Shown: one piece after another, positions 18,536-28,558 of the stretch
How the letters are laid out: the number at the start of each line of letters is the position of its first letter
Position numbering within the stretch: position 1 is the first letter of the stretch
Assembly (NCBI GenBank): GCA_041664585.1
Contig: JBAYKL010000001.1
Location: forward strand, 4,592 to 68,591
DNA from: Minisyncoccota bacterium
Lineage (GTDB): Bacteria; Patescibacteriota; Minisyncoccia; Phycocordibacterales; GWA1-40-21
Length of the DNA stretch: 64,000 nucleotides
Reading direction: 5' to 3'
Notes under the pieces: generated by a model
Database searches by the model: none
Told to the model about the DNA's origin: nothing
The model's input: only the letters and a program-made list of their open reading frames with translations
Position numbers and translations under genes: made by a program

Positions 18536-19123
18536 ATGAAAACCAAAATCGTTATAACAGCAGTCATAATTATTTTCGCTTTAGTTGGTTTAAGTATTTC
18601 TTCTGTAATTAATTCTCCTCAAAACATAATCGCCTGTACTCAAGAGGCAAAAATCTGCCCAGATGGTAGCTCCGTTGGTAGGATTGGTCCAAGGTGTGAG
18701 TTTACTGAATGCCCAAAGACTGTAACACAAACGAATGTAATTAGTACTACTACTCAAAATACAAACGTCGTAATTCCTAATGTTTCTAAAAATACGAAGC
18801 TAAATAAAAAGGTAATAATCAGTGGTATTTCTATTACCCCAATTGAATTAATTTCTGATAGTAGATGCCCCGTTGACGTACAATGTGTTTGGGCCGGTAC
18901 GGTAGATATAAAGGTAAAAATAGAATTTGGAACAAGCGTTCAGGAATCCGTAATCAGTTTAGGAAATTCGGTTAAATTTTTAAATGTCGGTGTAGAATTA
19001 AAAAATGTTTTGCCACAACCATATGCTAGGGTCTCAATTAAACCAGAAAATTATTATTTTGAATTTAACGTCGTACCAGCAGAAGCTATAAAGAACAATA
19101 ATACAGAAAAACCAATTTTCTAA
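18536..19123 (+). CDS. membrane-anchored Cys-motif surface protein
   Basis: N-terminal TM; CTQEAKICPDGSSVGRIGPRCEFTECP and DSRCPVDVQCVWAG motifs. Confidence 0.7.
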   Translation: MKTKIVITAVIIIFALVGLSISSVINSPQNIIACTQEAKICPDGSSVGRIGPRCEFTECPKTVTQTNVISTTTQNTNVVIPNVSKNTKLNKKVIISGISITPIELISDSRCPVDVQCVWAGTVDIKVKIEFGTSVQESVISLGNSVKFLNVGVELKNVLPQPYARVSIKPENYYFEFNVVPAEAIKNNNTEKPIF

Positions 19124-19125
19124 AT

Positions 19126-19632
19126 ATGAAAAAGATTGTTGTTAATGATTTAATGCAGAAGAATTATGAGTATGAGCTCACTGCACCTCTCAGTAAGGAT
19201 TTTGATAAAGATTTTAAACCAGAACTATCACCTAAAGAAATGTTGGAGCTTGGTTGTTTCGGTGGAAAATACATGACTGATTGCAAAAAGGAATTTCCAA
19301 AAGATTGGTTTGCTAAAGCAAAGCTTTGTCATGAAAAACATGATGCGAAGTTAAATTATTTTGGAGTAAACGCTAGTCAACCACTTTCTGTTTGGAGGGA
19401 AAAGGGGTGGATAAATGAAGAATGTGATCCAAGAGGCTGGTTTCAGTGGTATTGCAGATATTATATGGGCAGAAGGTTACCAGAAGAAGACCACAAGCAA
19501 ATTATGAGGTGGAGAAATATCCGTCGCCACGCAGCTCAAATTCGTAAGAATTGTAGGGCGGGTGATATATATTGTAGGCCTAAACAAAGGCAATCTCTAC
19601 TGCACTGGGCATATGATAGTAGAAAAATGTGA
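19126..19632 (+). CDS. conserved hypothetical protein (GWFQWYCRYY family)
   Basis: FKPELSPKEML..FGGKY, DPRGWFQWYCRYYMGRR, RQSLLHWAYD. Confidence 0.75.
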   Translation: MKKIVVNDLMQKNYEYELTAPLSKDFDKDFKPELSPKEMLELGCFGGKYMTDCKKEFPKDWFAKAKLCHEKHDAKLNYFGVNASQPLSVWREKGWINEECDPRGWFQWYCRYYMGRRLPEEDHKQIMRWRNIRRHAAQIRKNCRAGDIYCRPKQRQSLLHWAYDSRKM

Positions 19633-19645
19633 TATAATTAACTAT

Positions 19646-20413
19646 ATGAAAAAGAAATTAATTATCGTACTTATATCTTTAATAATTATTTTGGTAATTG
19701 CTTTTGTTGTATACAAAGAAAAAACTGGAGATGCAACAATGAAGATATATTATGGTGATCCATTAAGCGCAACTTATACTATTGATGATGCAGAATATCT
19801 TTTGAGGGATGGTAAGTCAGAAATGGAAGCAGCACCTGGTTCCGCAGAAAAAATTACTACTGAAATTTTTGGTGAACCAGTTTCTGGAGATTTAAATGGA
19901 GATGGTATAGGGGACTACGCGATGTTCCTTGTTCAAAGAACTGGTGGCACAGGATCTTTTTACTTTGTAGTTTCTGCAATATCTAGAAAAGATGGAAAAG
20001 TAGCTGGTACTAATGCAGTATACCTAGGTGACAGAATTGCACCACAAAATATTCAAGTAAAGGACGGAGAAATAATTGCTAATTATGCTGACAGAAATGA
20101 AGGTGAGAGAATGAATGTTAAACCATCTCTTGGTGTATCAAAATACATAAAATTAGTAGATGGTGTTCTTAAAGACGTAAATGAAAAGGTGGAAGACGGT
20201 TTGGGTGATACAAGCGATAATCCAATGGTAAATTGTGACAGAATGAGCGGCATTTGGTATGGAGAAGAGGGAATTTGCGAGGCAAATCAGCTTTCATATG
20301 AAGAATGTATTGCTCAAGGTGGTCAATTCGACGGATGTGCTTCTGCCTGTAGACATAATCCAAAGGCTGAGGTTTGTATTATGGTGTGTGTTCAGACCTG
20401 TACTTTTAGATAG
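19646..20413 (+). CDS. membrane-anchored secreted protein with Cys-rich C-terminus
   Basis: ATG 7 nt after TATAAT; TM; GDLNGDG, GGTGSF, LGDRI; CASACRH..C..VC. Confidence 0.7.
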   Translation: MKKKLIIVLISLIIILVIAFVVYKEKTGDATMKIYYGDPLSATYTIDDAEYLLRDGKSEMEAAPGSAEKITTEIFGEPVSGDLNGDGIGDYAMFLVQRTGGTGSFYFVVSAISRKDGKVAGTNAVYLGDRIAPQNIQVKDGEIIANYADRNEGERMNVKPSLGVSKYIKLVDGVLKDVNEKVEDGLGDTSDNPMVNCDRMSGIWYGEEGICEANQLSYEECIAQGGQFDGCASACRHNPKAEVCIMVCVQTCTFR

Positions 20414-20432
20414 ATTTTAATATAATATTTCT

Positions 20433-20768
20433 ATGTCCGTAGAATTTGATCAAGAAAATAGTTTTGATAAAAAGTTTGAGAGAACTATTGCAAAGAAGAA
20501 GGGTTCCAAGATGAACGCCTTTTTAATCAAACATTATTTTGCTAAAAACGAAAAACAAGCGAATATGATTTTGCTTGGTGTTTCTTTGGTATCTCTTCTC
20601 CTCACTGCCGTTATCCTAAACGTCTCTGTGTTCGGAGGAAGCTTCTTTAACAAAAAGACGCTTAGCCCAAATGCTAAGATAATGCAAGAATACAAAGATC
20701 AGGGACTGTCCGGTAAAGCTCTGATGGATAAAATAAGAGAAGATAAAAAGACTGGTATATCAAAATAA
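20433..20768 (+). CDS. hypothetical single-TM protein
   Basis: AKNEKQANMILLG followed by a TM segment; ATG 6 nt after TATAAT. Confidence 0.7.
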   Translation: MSVEFDQENSFDKKFERTIAKKKGSKMNAFLIKHYFAKNEKQANMILLGVSLVSLLLTAVILNVSVFGGSFFNKKTLSPNAKIMQEYKDQGLSGKALMDKIREDKKTGISK

Positions 20769-20769
20769 T

Positions 20770-21318
20770 ATGAAAAATACAAAATACAAGAAAGGTTTTA
20801 CTCTTATTGAGCTTCTCGTTGTTATTTCTATCATCGGATTGCTTTCGAGTGTGGTTATGGCTGGGCTTGTGAGCGCCAGACAAAAAGCCAATGCTACAAA
20901 AATAGTTGCAGAAATGAATCAATTAAAGACTGCTTTTGAGCTATATAGGAATGATAAGGGAAAGTATCCAAATGAGGGTAACGGAGACTGCAAAAATTTA
21001 GCTGGTAATGGTAGTTGCTCTGGTAAAATTATTGATTATTTAAGATCTGAACTGGTTTCTGGCAGTTATATACCAGCGATACCTGGCATGTCAATTTATA
21101 GTGAATATTACTATTTAACTGGTTATTACGTATATGAACCCCTAGTTGATGAAGACGGTGTTGTTTTTGATACAAATTATTATTCATGTGGAGGAAAAAT
21201 GTTAAAATCTTACGCCATTTATTTTCAATATAATGAGATGACTTTGTCTTTCCCTAAGCTTAGTGCATGTAATGATTCGGGATGTCTTGATACAAATTAC
21301 TATTGTATAGGTCAGTAG
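20770..21318 (+). CDS. type IV pilin / pseudopilin (GspG-like)
   Basis: KKG|FTLIELLVVISIIGLLSSVV prepilin motif; ELYRND.GKYP. Confidence 0.9.
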   Translation: MKNTKYKKGFTLIELLVVISIIGLLSSVVMAGLVSARQKANATKIVAEMNQLKTAFELYRNDKGKYPNEGNGDCKNLAGNGSCSGKIIDYLRSELVSGSYIPAIPGMSIYSEYYYLTGYYVYEPLVDEDGVVFDTNYYSCGGKMLKSYAIYFQYNEMTLSFPKLSACNDSGCLDTNYYCIGQ

Positions 21319-21342
21319 TTTAGGACTTAGGAGTAATTAGAT

Positions 21343-21592
21343 TTGACATTTATTATCTAATAGATTAGTATATACAAAGCTTTTTATCGAATGAGTTGCG
21401 ACTGGGAAAGCACCAGTGTAAGTAAGAAAAAAATATCTTGCTTAAAAAAATAAGATAAACAAAATACAAAATATAAAAAACCTTAAGAGAAAGGGTCTTT
21501 TTGTTTTGTATATTTAAAATTGTCTTCTTTTTCTAAGTAAGTTGTTTAGTTAATTATTAGCTTTATTAGTTTATTTTTTAATAACAACAAAA
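21343..21592 (+). promoter_or_regulatory. rpoB promoter and long structured 5' leader
   Basis: TTGACA (21343), 17 nt, TAGTAT; hairpin ACTGG/CCAGT; long imperfect stem 21437-21541. Confidence 0.55.
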
Positions 21593-24500
21593 ATGAAAAA
21601 AGCCGCAAACATTTTGATAGACGGAGTTACAGGGGGAAAGCTTGAAAAGAAATATTTCAGCAAGTTCAAAGAACCTCTAATAAAGACTCCAAACCTTGTC
21701 TGCCACCAAATGAAATCATACGAATGGTTTCTTAAAGATGGTCTCGCAGAAGTCTTCAAGGAGTTTTCTCCTATAAAAGACTATGCTGATAAGAAATTCG
21801 AATTGTCTTTCACTGACTTCGAAGTCTTGGCTCCTAAGAATGATGAAAATAGTGCAAAGGAGAAAAAGATTTCTTATGATGCTCAGCTTAAAGCAAAAGT
21901 TAAACTAAAGAACAAAACTCTTGGAACTGTAAAAGAACAGGAAGTATTCCTTTCTGATTTACCTTTGATGACAGATCACGGTACTTTTATTATAAACGGT
22001 ATTGAAAGAGTCATCGTTCCTCAGCTTGCTCGTTCATATGGTGTATTCTTTACTCTTAATGATGCAAAAGGTAAAAACTTCTTTGGTGCAAAGATTATTC
22101 CAGCAAGGGGTGCTTGGATAGAAGTAGAATCAGAATCTGACGGTGCTATATATGTCAAAATCGACAAGAAAAGAAAATTTGCGGTTTCTTCTCTTTTAAG
22201 AGTTTTGGATATAAAGACAGATAAAGACATTTTAGATCTATTTAAGAGTGATGAAGTTACTACAAAAGTAATGGAACTTACTCTTGCGAAAGACCATGCA
22301 AAAACTCAAGATGATTCTTTCCTAGAAATCTACAAGAAACTTAGAGATGGAGATTTGGCTTCTATAGAAAATGCCAAAGAATTTATAAAATCTATTTTCT
22401 CAAAAGAAAGATACGATATTTCAGGAGTTGGAAGATTTAAATTCAACAAGAGATTTAACTTATCAATGGATGAAAAGGTTTTAGAAAACAAAACTATTAC
22501 AGCAGAAGATGTTGTTTGTATAATCAAAAACATTGTTGCATTAAACAATGATCCAGAAGCTGTAGAAGATGATATCGATCACTTGGGCTCAAGAAGAGTT
22601 CGTTTCGTTGGTGAACTTATACAAGCTAAGGTAAGAGTTGGTATGGCTCAAATGAAGAGAAACGTTCAAGACAGAATGTCTACAATAGATCCAGATATTA
22701 CAACTCCAGTACAATTCATTTCTGCAAGACCGCTACAAGCTAGAATAAAAGAATTTTTCACAACCAACCAGTTGTCTCAGTTTATGCAACAGACAAACAT
22801 TCTTGAAGAAATTGAACACTTGAGAACTTTGTCAGCTCTCGGACCTGGAGGTCTTACAAGAGAAAGAGCTGGATTTGAAGTTAGAGACGTTCACCCTTCT
22901 CACTATGGAAGAGTTTGTCCTATTCACACACCAGAAGGTCAAAACATCGGTCTTATCTTAAGACTTTCAAACTACGCTAGGGTAAATGAATTTGGAATGA
23001 TCGAAACTCCTTATGCAAAAGTTGTAAAAGGTGTTGTTACAGCTGAAGTAAAATATTTCAATGCTTTAGAAGAAGAAGGTTTTAAGGTTGCTCACGGTGC
23101 TACTCACTATGATGAAAGCGGAAAGATTACTGATAAAGAAGTTGAGGTCCGTGTAAACGGTGTACCAACTCTTGTAAAAAGAGAAGACGTAGATCTTATA
23201 GACGTATCTGCAAACCAAGCTTTCTCTATAGCTCCATCTATGATTCCTTTCTTAAATCACGACGATGCAAACAGAGCTTTGATGGGATCAAACATGCAAA
23301 AGCAGGCTGTGCCTTGTATTATTCCAGAAGCTCCACTTGTTGCTACTGGTATTGAAGGAGAAGCTGCAAGATATACAGGAAGAGTTATATTTGCTGAAGA
23401 AGAGGGTATTGTTTCAAAAGTAGATTCATCAAAAATTGTTATTAAAGGTGCAAAGACTGGTAAAGATAAAGAATATAAACTTGTTGCATATTCAAGAACA
23501 AACGGTTTTACTCCTTTCCACCAGAGACCATCTGTAAATCTAGGACAGAAAGTTAAGAAGGGTGATTTACTTGCCGATACATCCTCATCTGTAAATGGTG
23601 AAATGGCTATTGGTCAAAACGCTCTTGTTGCTTTCATGACTTGGAGCGGTGCAAACTATGAAGACGCTATTGTCCTTTCAGAAAGACTCGTAAAAAATAG
23701 CAAATTCTCATCAATTCACATCGAAGAATTTATCGTAAACGTTCGTGATACAAAACTTGGACCAGAGGTTACAACACATGATATTCCAAACGTCGGTGAA
23801 GCTAAATTAAAGAACTTAGACGAAGACGGTATTGTAAGAGTTGGAGCGGAAGTTATGACAGGAGATATTCTTGTTGGTAAAATTACTCCAAAAGGTGAGA
23901 CTCAACTTACACCAGAAGAAAGACTTCTTAGATCTATTTTCGGTGAAAAGGCTCGTGATGTAAAAGATACTTCAAAGAGACTTGAAAGTGGAAAGAGAGG
24001 AAGAATTATTTCTGTAAAGGTTTTCTCAAGAGAAAATGGAGACAAGCTCGAATCAGGAATTATAAAGAGAATTCACATTGAAATTGCCCAACTTAGAAAC
24101 GTATCTGTTGGAGACAAACTTGCTGGAAGACACGGAAACAAAGGTGTTATTTCAAGAATATTACCAGTAGAAGATATGCCTTATATGGAAGATGGTACAC
24201 CGGTAGATATTATTCTTACACCACTTGGTGTTCCTTCACGTATGAACCTTGGACAGATTCTTGAGGTCCACTTGGGTATGGCTGCAAATACTTTGAACTA
24301 TCAGGCTGTTGTTCCACCATTTATGGGTGCTACAGACAAAGAGATAAAAGAAGAGCTCGTAAAAGCCGGATTCAATTCAGACGGTAAGATGAAATTGTTT
24401 GATGGAAGAAACGGACAAGCTTTTGAACAAAATATTTCTGTGGGTTATATGTATATCTTGAAGCTGCACCATGAAGTTGAAGACAAGATACACATGAGAT

Positions 24501-24814
24501 CTATCGGTCCTTACTCAATGATTACTCAACAGCCTTTGGGAGGTAGAGCACAAGGAGGAGGTCAGAGATTCGGAGAGATGGAGGTGTGGGCACTTCTTGG
24601 ATATGGAGCAGCTTATACACTAAGAGAAATGCTTACAATTAAATCAGACGATATAGTAGGTAGATCAGCAGCATTTGACTCTATAGTTAAAGGAGAAAGA
24701 ATCAAAGAGCCAAACTTGCCTGCATCATTCAATGTGTTACTAAATAGCTTGAGAGGTCTTGGACTTGATGTCGAACTCAAGAAAGAAAAGATAGAAGATG
24801 ATATAAAAGAATAA
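21593..24814 (+). CDS. rpoB: RNA polymerase beta subunit
   Basis: ETPEG-like HTPEGQNIGL, GSNMQKQA, GDKLAGRHGNKG, GQRFGEMEVW. Confidence 0.99.
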   Translation: MKKAANILIDGVTGGKLEKKYFSKFKEPLIKTPNLVCHQMKSYEWFLKDGLAEVFKEFSPIKDYADKKFELSFTDFEVLAPKNDENSAKEKKISYDAQLKAKVKLKNKTLGTVKEQEVFLSDLPLMTDHGTFIINGIERVIVPQLARSYGVFFTLNDAKGKNFFGAKIIPARGAWIEVESESDGAIYVKIDKKRKFAVSSLLRVLDIKTDKDILDLFKSDEVTTKVMELTLAKDHAKTQDDSFLEIYKKLRDGDLASIENAKEFIKSIFSKERYDISGVGRFKFNKRFNLSMDEKVLENKTITAEDVVCIIKNIVALNNDPEAVEDDIDHLGSRRVRFVGELIQAKVRVGMAQMKRNVQDRMSTIDPDITTPVQFISARPLQARIKEFFTTNQLSQFMQQTNILEEIEHLRTLSALGPGGLTRERAGFEVRDVHPSHYGRVCPIHTPEGQNIGLILRLSNYARVNEFGMIETPYAKVVKGVVTAEVKYFNALEEEGFKVAHGATHYDESGKITDKEVEVRVNGVPTLVKREDVDLIDVSANQAFSIAPSMIPFLNHDDANRALMGSNMQKQAVPCIIPEAPLVATGIEGEAARYTGRVIFAEEEGIVSKVDSSKIVIKGAKTGKDKEYKLVAYSRTNGFTPFHQRPSVNLGQKVKKGDLLADTSSSVNGEMAIGQNALVAFMTWSGANYEDAIVLSERLVKNSKFSSIHIEEFIVNVRDTKLGPEVTTHDIPNVGEAKLKNLDEDGIVRVGAEVMTGDILVGKITPKGETQLTPEERLLRSIFGEKARDVKDTSKRLESGKRGRIISVKVFSRENGDKLESGIIKRIHIEIAQLRNVSVGDKLAGRHGNKGVISRILPVEDMPYMEDGTPVDIILTPLGVPSRMNLGQILEVHLGMAANTLNYQAVVPPFMGATDKEIKEELVKAGFNSDGKMKLFDGRNGQAFEQNISVGYMYILKLHHEVEDKIHMRSIGPYSMITQQPLGGRAQGGGQRFGEMEVWALLGYGAAYTLREMLTIKSDDIVGRSAAFDSIVKGERIKEPNLPASFNVLLNSLRGLGLDVELKKEKIEDDIKE

Positions 24815-24842
24815 TTTTTTCAAAATAATAAAACAAAAATAT

Positions 24843-27800
24843 ATGAAAAATACAAAATCATCACCATCAAAAGACCAAGATTTTAATTTAGTCTCAATAA
24901 AGATCGCTTCACCAGAAAGAATAGCTGAATGGTCAAGCGGAGAAGTTACAAAACCAGAAACAATAAACTACAGAACTCAGAGATCTGAGAGAGGTGGTTT
25001 ATTTGATGAAAAAATCTTTGGACCTGATAAAGATTATGAATGTTATTGTGGAAAATACAGAGGTATAAGATATAAAGGAATTGTTTGTGAAAAATGTGGA
25101 GTTGAAATTACAAGATCTATTGTAAGAAGAGAAAGAATGGGACACATAGAACTCTCTACACCAGTTTCTCACATCTGGTTCCTTAGAGGCACACCTTCAA
25201 GACTAGGTCTTGTACTTGGAATGACAGTTTCAGACCTTGAAAAGGTTATCTATTTCGCTGGATACATTGTTACAAAAACAATTGAATCAGAAAGAGAAAG
25301 AATTCTAAGAGAAATTGATCAAGAATTTAAGAATAAAGTAAAAACTGTTGCTGACGAAAAAACAAAAGAAGCTCTCAAAGAGCTTGCAACAAATGCAAAG
25401 AAAGAAGTTGAAAGTATCCAAGAAGGAAAAGTTTTGGATGAGGTATTGTTCCATAAATTCTCTATTAAATACGGAGCTATGTTTGAAGCTGGTATCGGTG
25501 GAGATGTGATCTATGAGATATTAAAGAAAGTTGATTTAGTAGAATTAGCAAAGAAACTTGATGCAAATCTCGAGAAGGCTAATTCAATGGATACTGATAA
25601 GATAAACAAGAGACTTAGCTTCATAAGAAGCATGATTGCTTCAAAAGTTCGCCCAGAATGGATGTTCCTTACAAGAATCCCTGTTATACCACCAGCACTT
25701 AGACCGATGGTTCCACTTGATGGAGGCAGATTTGCTACATCAGATGTAAATGATCTTTACAGAAGAGTAATCAACAGAAATAACAGACTTGTAAAGTTGA
25801 AAGAAATTTCTGCTCCAGATGTTATTCTTAGAAACGAAAAAAGAATTTTACAAGAAGCTATTGACGCTTTGATAGACAACTCTATCAGACATGGTAATTC
25901 TTTATTCTCAGCTCTTGGAAGTGCATCACAAAAGAGACCACTTAAATCTTTGGCTGATAATCTAAAAGGTAAAAGAGGTTTGTTTAGATCAAACCTTCTT
26001 GGTAAACGTGTAGACTATTCTGGTAGATCAGTTATCGTTGTTGGTCCAGATTTACACTTGGATCAGTGTGGATTACCAAAGCATATGGCACTAGAATTGT
26101 TCAGACCATTTGTTATTTCACAACTTCTTTCAAAAGAATTGGCATTTAACATAAGAGGTGCAGGTAAACTCATAGATGAAGGAGTCCCAGAAGTTTGGGC
26201 TATTCTTGAAAACGTTATCAAAGGAAAATATGTTCTTCTAAACAGAGCTCCTACTCTACACAGACTTGGTATTCAAGCTTTCCAACCTATCCTTATAGAA
26301 GGAAATGCTATTCAGGTTCACCCACTTGTTTGTACAGCTTTCAACGCTGACTTTGACGGAGACCAGATGGCTGTTCACGTGCCGCTTGGTGAAGAAGCAC
26401 AAGCAGAGGCTAGAGAAATAATGGCAGCTGACAAAAACATTCTTAAACCAGGAAATGGTGATCCAACAATTTCTGCAAAACTTTTGGACATTGTCCTAGG
26501 TTGTTACTGGATGACAAAAATAATTCCAGGCGAAAAAGGTGAAGGAAAATATTTCCAATCAACAAACGCGGCTATCATGGCTTATGATTTAGGGGTGATT
26601 AGTTTGAGAGCAAAGATTCATATTCTTCCATCAGAAAAAGAAAAGTATGCACAATTTGATATGAAGCTTTTTGAATCATCAGTCGGTAGATTGTTGTTAA
26701 ATACTGTTTTGCCAGCGTCATACCCATATGTAAATAAAGAAATTGATAAGAAAGCGATGTCAAAGATTATTGATGATCTTATTATCAAAAATGGTCCAGA
26801 AAAGGTTGCTCCTATATTAGACAAGATTAAAAACTTTGGATTCAAATATGCTACTTATTCAGGTGTTACTTGGGGTATAGATGATATTCAAATTCCAAAA
26901 GAAAAAGGCGCTATCGTTTCTGTTGCGAAAGGAAAATCTTTGGAAGTTATGGATCAATTCAACGAAGGTTTACTTACCGATGAAGAAAGAGTAAGAAAGA
27001 ATGTTGAAATATGGCAAGGTGCTAAAAGTGAATTAGAAAAACTTATTCCAGATACTTTAGATCACAACGGTTCTGTATACGATATGTGGAAGTCTGGCGC
27101 TAGAGGATCTCTAGGATCACTTACTCAAATGGTTGGTATGAAAGGTTTGATTCAGAATACAATGGGTGAAACTATTGAGTTCCCAGTAATTTCTTCTTCA
27201 AAGGAAGGTCTTACACCGATCGAATACTTCATTACAACTCACGGTTCAAGAAAAGGTCTTACTGATACTGCTTTGAACACTGCAAAAGCCGGATATCTTA
27301 CAAGAAGACTATTCGATGTTGCACAAGATATTATAATTACGGAAGTTGATTGTGGAACAAAAGATAAGATTGCAATCAATAAATTAAGTGGTGTTGAATC
27401 AGGTGCTTCAATTGCTAAAAATATTAGAGGTAGAGTTCTTGCAGAAGATGCTGTTATGAAAGATGGAACTGTATTGTTCAAAAAAGGTTCTCTTCTTACA
27501 AAAGACGATGCTCAGAAGATAGAACAATCTGATGTAGAAAATGTATTTGTTAGATCACCACTTACTTGTAAAACATTACACGGAATCTGTGCTCATTGTT
27601 ACGGTATGGATCTTGGTAAGAGTGTCATGGTAGATGTGGGTGAAGCTGTAGGTACTGTGGCTGCTCAAGCTATCGGTGAACCTGGTACACAGCTTACTAT
27701 GAGAACTTTCCACGCTGGAGGTACTGCTTCTGTTGGTGGAGATATCACACAAGGTTTGCCTAGAGTTGAAGAAATCTTTGAAAAGAGAAAGCCAAAGAAT

Positions 27801-28526
27801 CCTGCTGTCGTAGCTACTGTTTCTGGTCACGTTACATCTGTAAAAGATTTTGGAAAGGAAAAAATAATTACTGTTATTGCTGACATAGAAGACAAAGGTA
27901 AGGTAAAGAAAACTGGTGAAGTTGAATACGTATTTAATCCAAAGAGAATGGCTTTGGTAAGAGCCGGAGACAATATCAAGAAAGGTCAGTTACTTACAGA
28001 CGGTTCTGCAGATATCGATGAAATATTCGAATACGCTGGAAGAGAAAGAGCTATGGATTACATTATTACTGAGGTAAGCAAACCCTATGAACTTCAGGGA
28101 GAAGCTGTTGCTAGAAAACACATTGAGATTATTGTTAAACAAATGTTCTCAAAGAAAGTTATTACAGACAGAGCCGATTCAGATTATTGTGTCGGTGATA
28201 TTATTGATGAATTAGACTTAGTGATGGAAAATAAACTTGCTAAAGAAGCAGACAAGAGAGAAATCGAAGCTGAATCTCAGGTTATGGGTATTACAGAATC
28301 TTCACTTTCTAGAAGAAGCTTCCTTTCAGCTGCATCATTCCAACACACGGTAAGAATTCTTATAAACGCCTCTGTTAAAGGAAACAAAGATGATCTAAGA
28401 GGTCTAAAAGAAAATGTTATCATTGGTAGAATCATCCCTGCAGGTACAGGATTCGCAGGTAGCAAGAAACATAAAATGATTTCTGATGTTAAGGCTCAGT
28501 TTGAAGACGAAGATTACGGTTACTAA
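24843..28526 (+). CDS. rpoC: RNA polymerase beta' subunit
   Basis: NADFDGDQM, GKRVDYSGR, QAIGEPGTQLTMRTFH. Confidence 0.99.
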   Translation: MKNTKSSPSKDQDFNLVSIKIASPERIAEWSSGEVTKPETINYRTQRSERGGLFDEKIFGPDKDYECYCGKYRGIRYKGIVCEKCGVEITRSIVRRERMGHIELSTPVSHIWFLRGTPSRLGLVLGMTVSDLEKVIYFAGYIVTKTIESERERILREIDQEFKNKVKTVADEKTKEALKELATNAKKEVESIQEGKVLDEVLFHKFSIKYGAMFEAGIGGDVIYEILKKVDLVELAKKLDANLEKANSMDTDKINKRLSFIRSMIASKVRPEWMFLTRIPVIPPALRPMVPLDGGRFATSDVNDLYRRVINRNNRLVKLKEISAPDVILRNEKRILQEAIDALIDNSIRHGNSLFSALGSASQKRPLKSLADNLKGKRGLFRSNLLGKRVDYSGRSVIVVGPDLHLDQCGLPKHMALELFRPFVISQLLSKELAFNIRGAGKLIDEGVPEVWAILENVIKGKYVLLNRAPTLHRLGIQAFQPILIEGNAIQVHPLVCTAFNADFDGDQMAVHVPLGEEAQAEAREIMAADKNILKPGNGDPTISAKLLDIVLGCYWMTKIIPGEKGEGKYFQSTNAAIMAYDLGVISLRAKIHILPSEKEKYAQFDMKLFESSVGRLLLNTVLPASYPYVNKEIDKKAMSKIIDDLIIKNGPEKVAPILDKIKNFGFKYATYSGVTWGIDDIQIPKEKGAIVSVAKGKSLEVMDQFNEGLLTDEERVRKNVEIWQGAKSELEKLIPDTLDHNGSVYDMWKSGARGSLGSLTQMVGMKGLIQNTMGETIEFPVISSSKEGLTPIEYFITTHGSRKGLTDTALNTAKAGYLTRRLFDVAQDIIITEVDCGTKDKIAINKLSGVESGASIAKNIRGRVLAEDAVMKDGTVLFKKGSLLTKDDAQKIEQSDVENVFVRSPLTCKTLHGICAHCYGMDLGKSVMVDVGEAVGTVAAQAIGEPGTQLTMRTFHAGGTASVGGDITQGLPRVEEIFEKRKPKNPAVVATVSGHVTSVKDFGKEKIITVIADIEDKGKVKKTGEVEYVFNPKRMALVRAGDNIKKGQLLTDGSADIDEIFEYAGRERAMDYIITEVSKPYELQGEAVARKHIEIIVKQMFSKKVITDRADSDYCVGDIIDELDLVMENKLAKEADKREIEAESQVMGITESSLSRRSFLSAASFQHTVRILINASVKGNKDDLRGLKENVIIGRIIPAGTGFAGSKKHKMISDVKAQFEDEDYGY

Positions 28527-28558
28527 GTAATGTTGGTAGGTGAACAAAAACAAAAAAT

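Noticed and set aside
21593-28526. Inteins or introns in rpoB/rpoC (also checked dnaB)
   Set aside because: Lengths are compact, motifs are contiguous and no splice-junction motifs were seen
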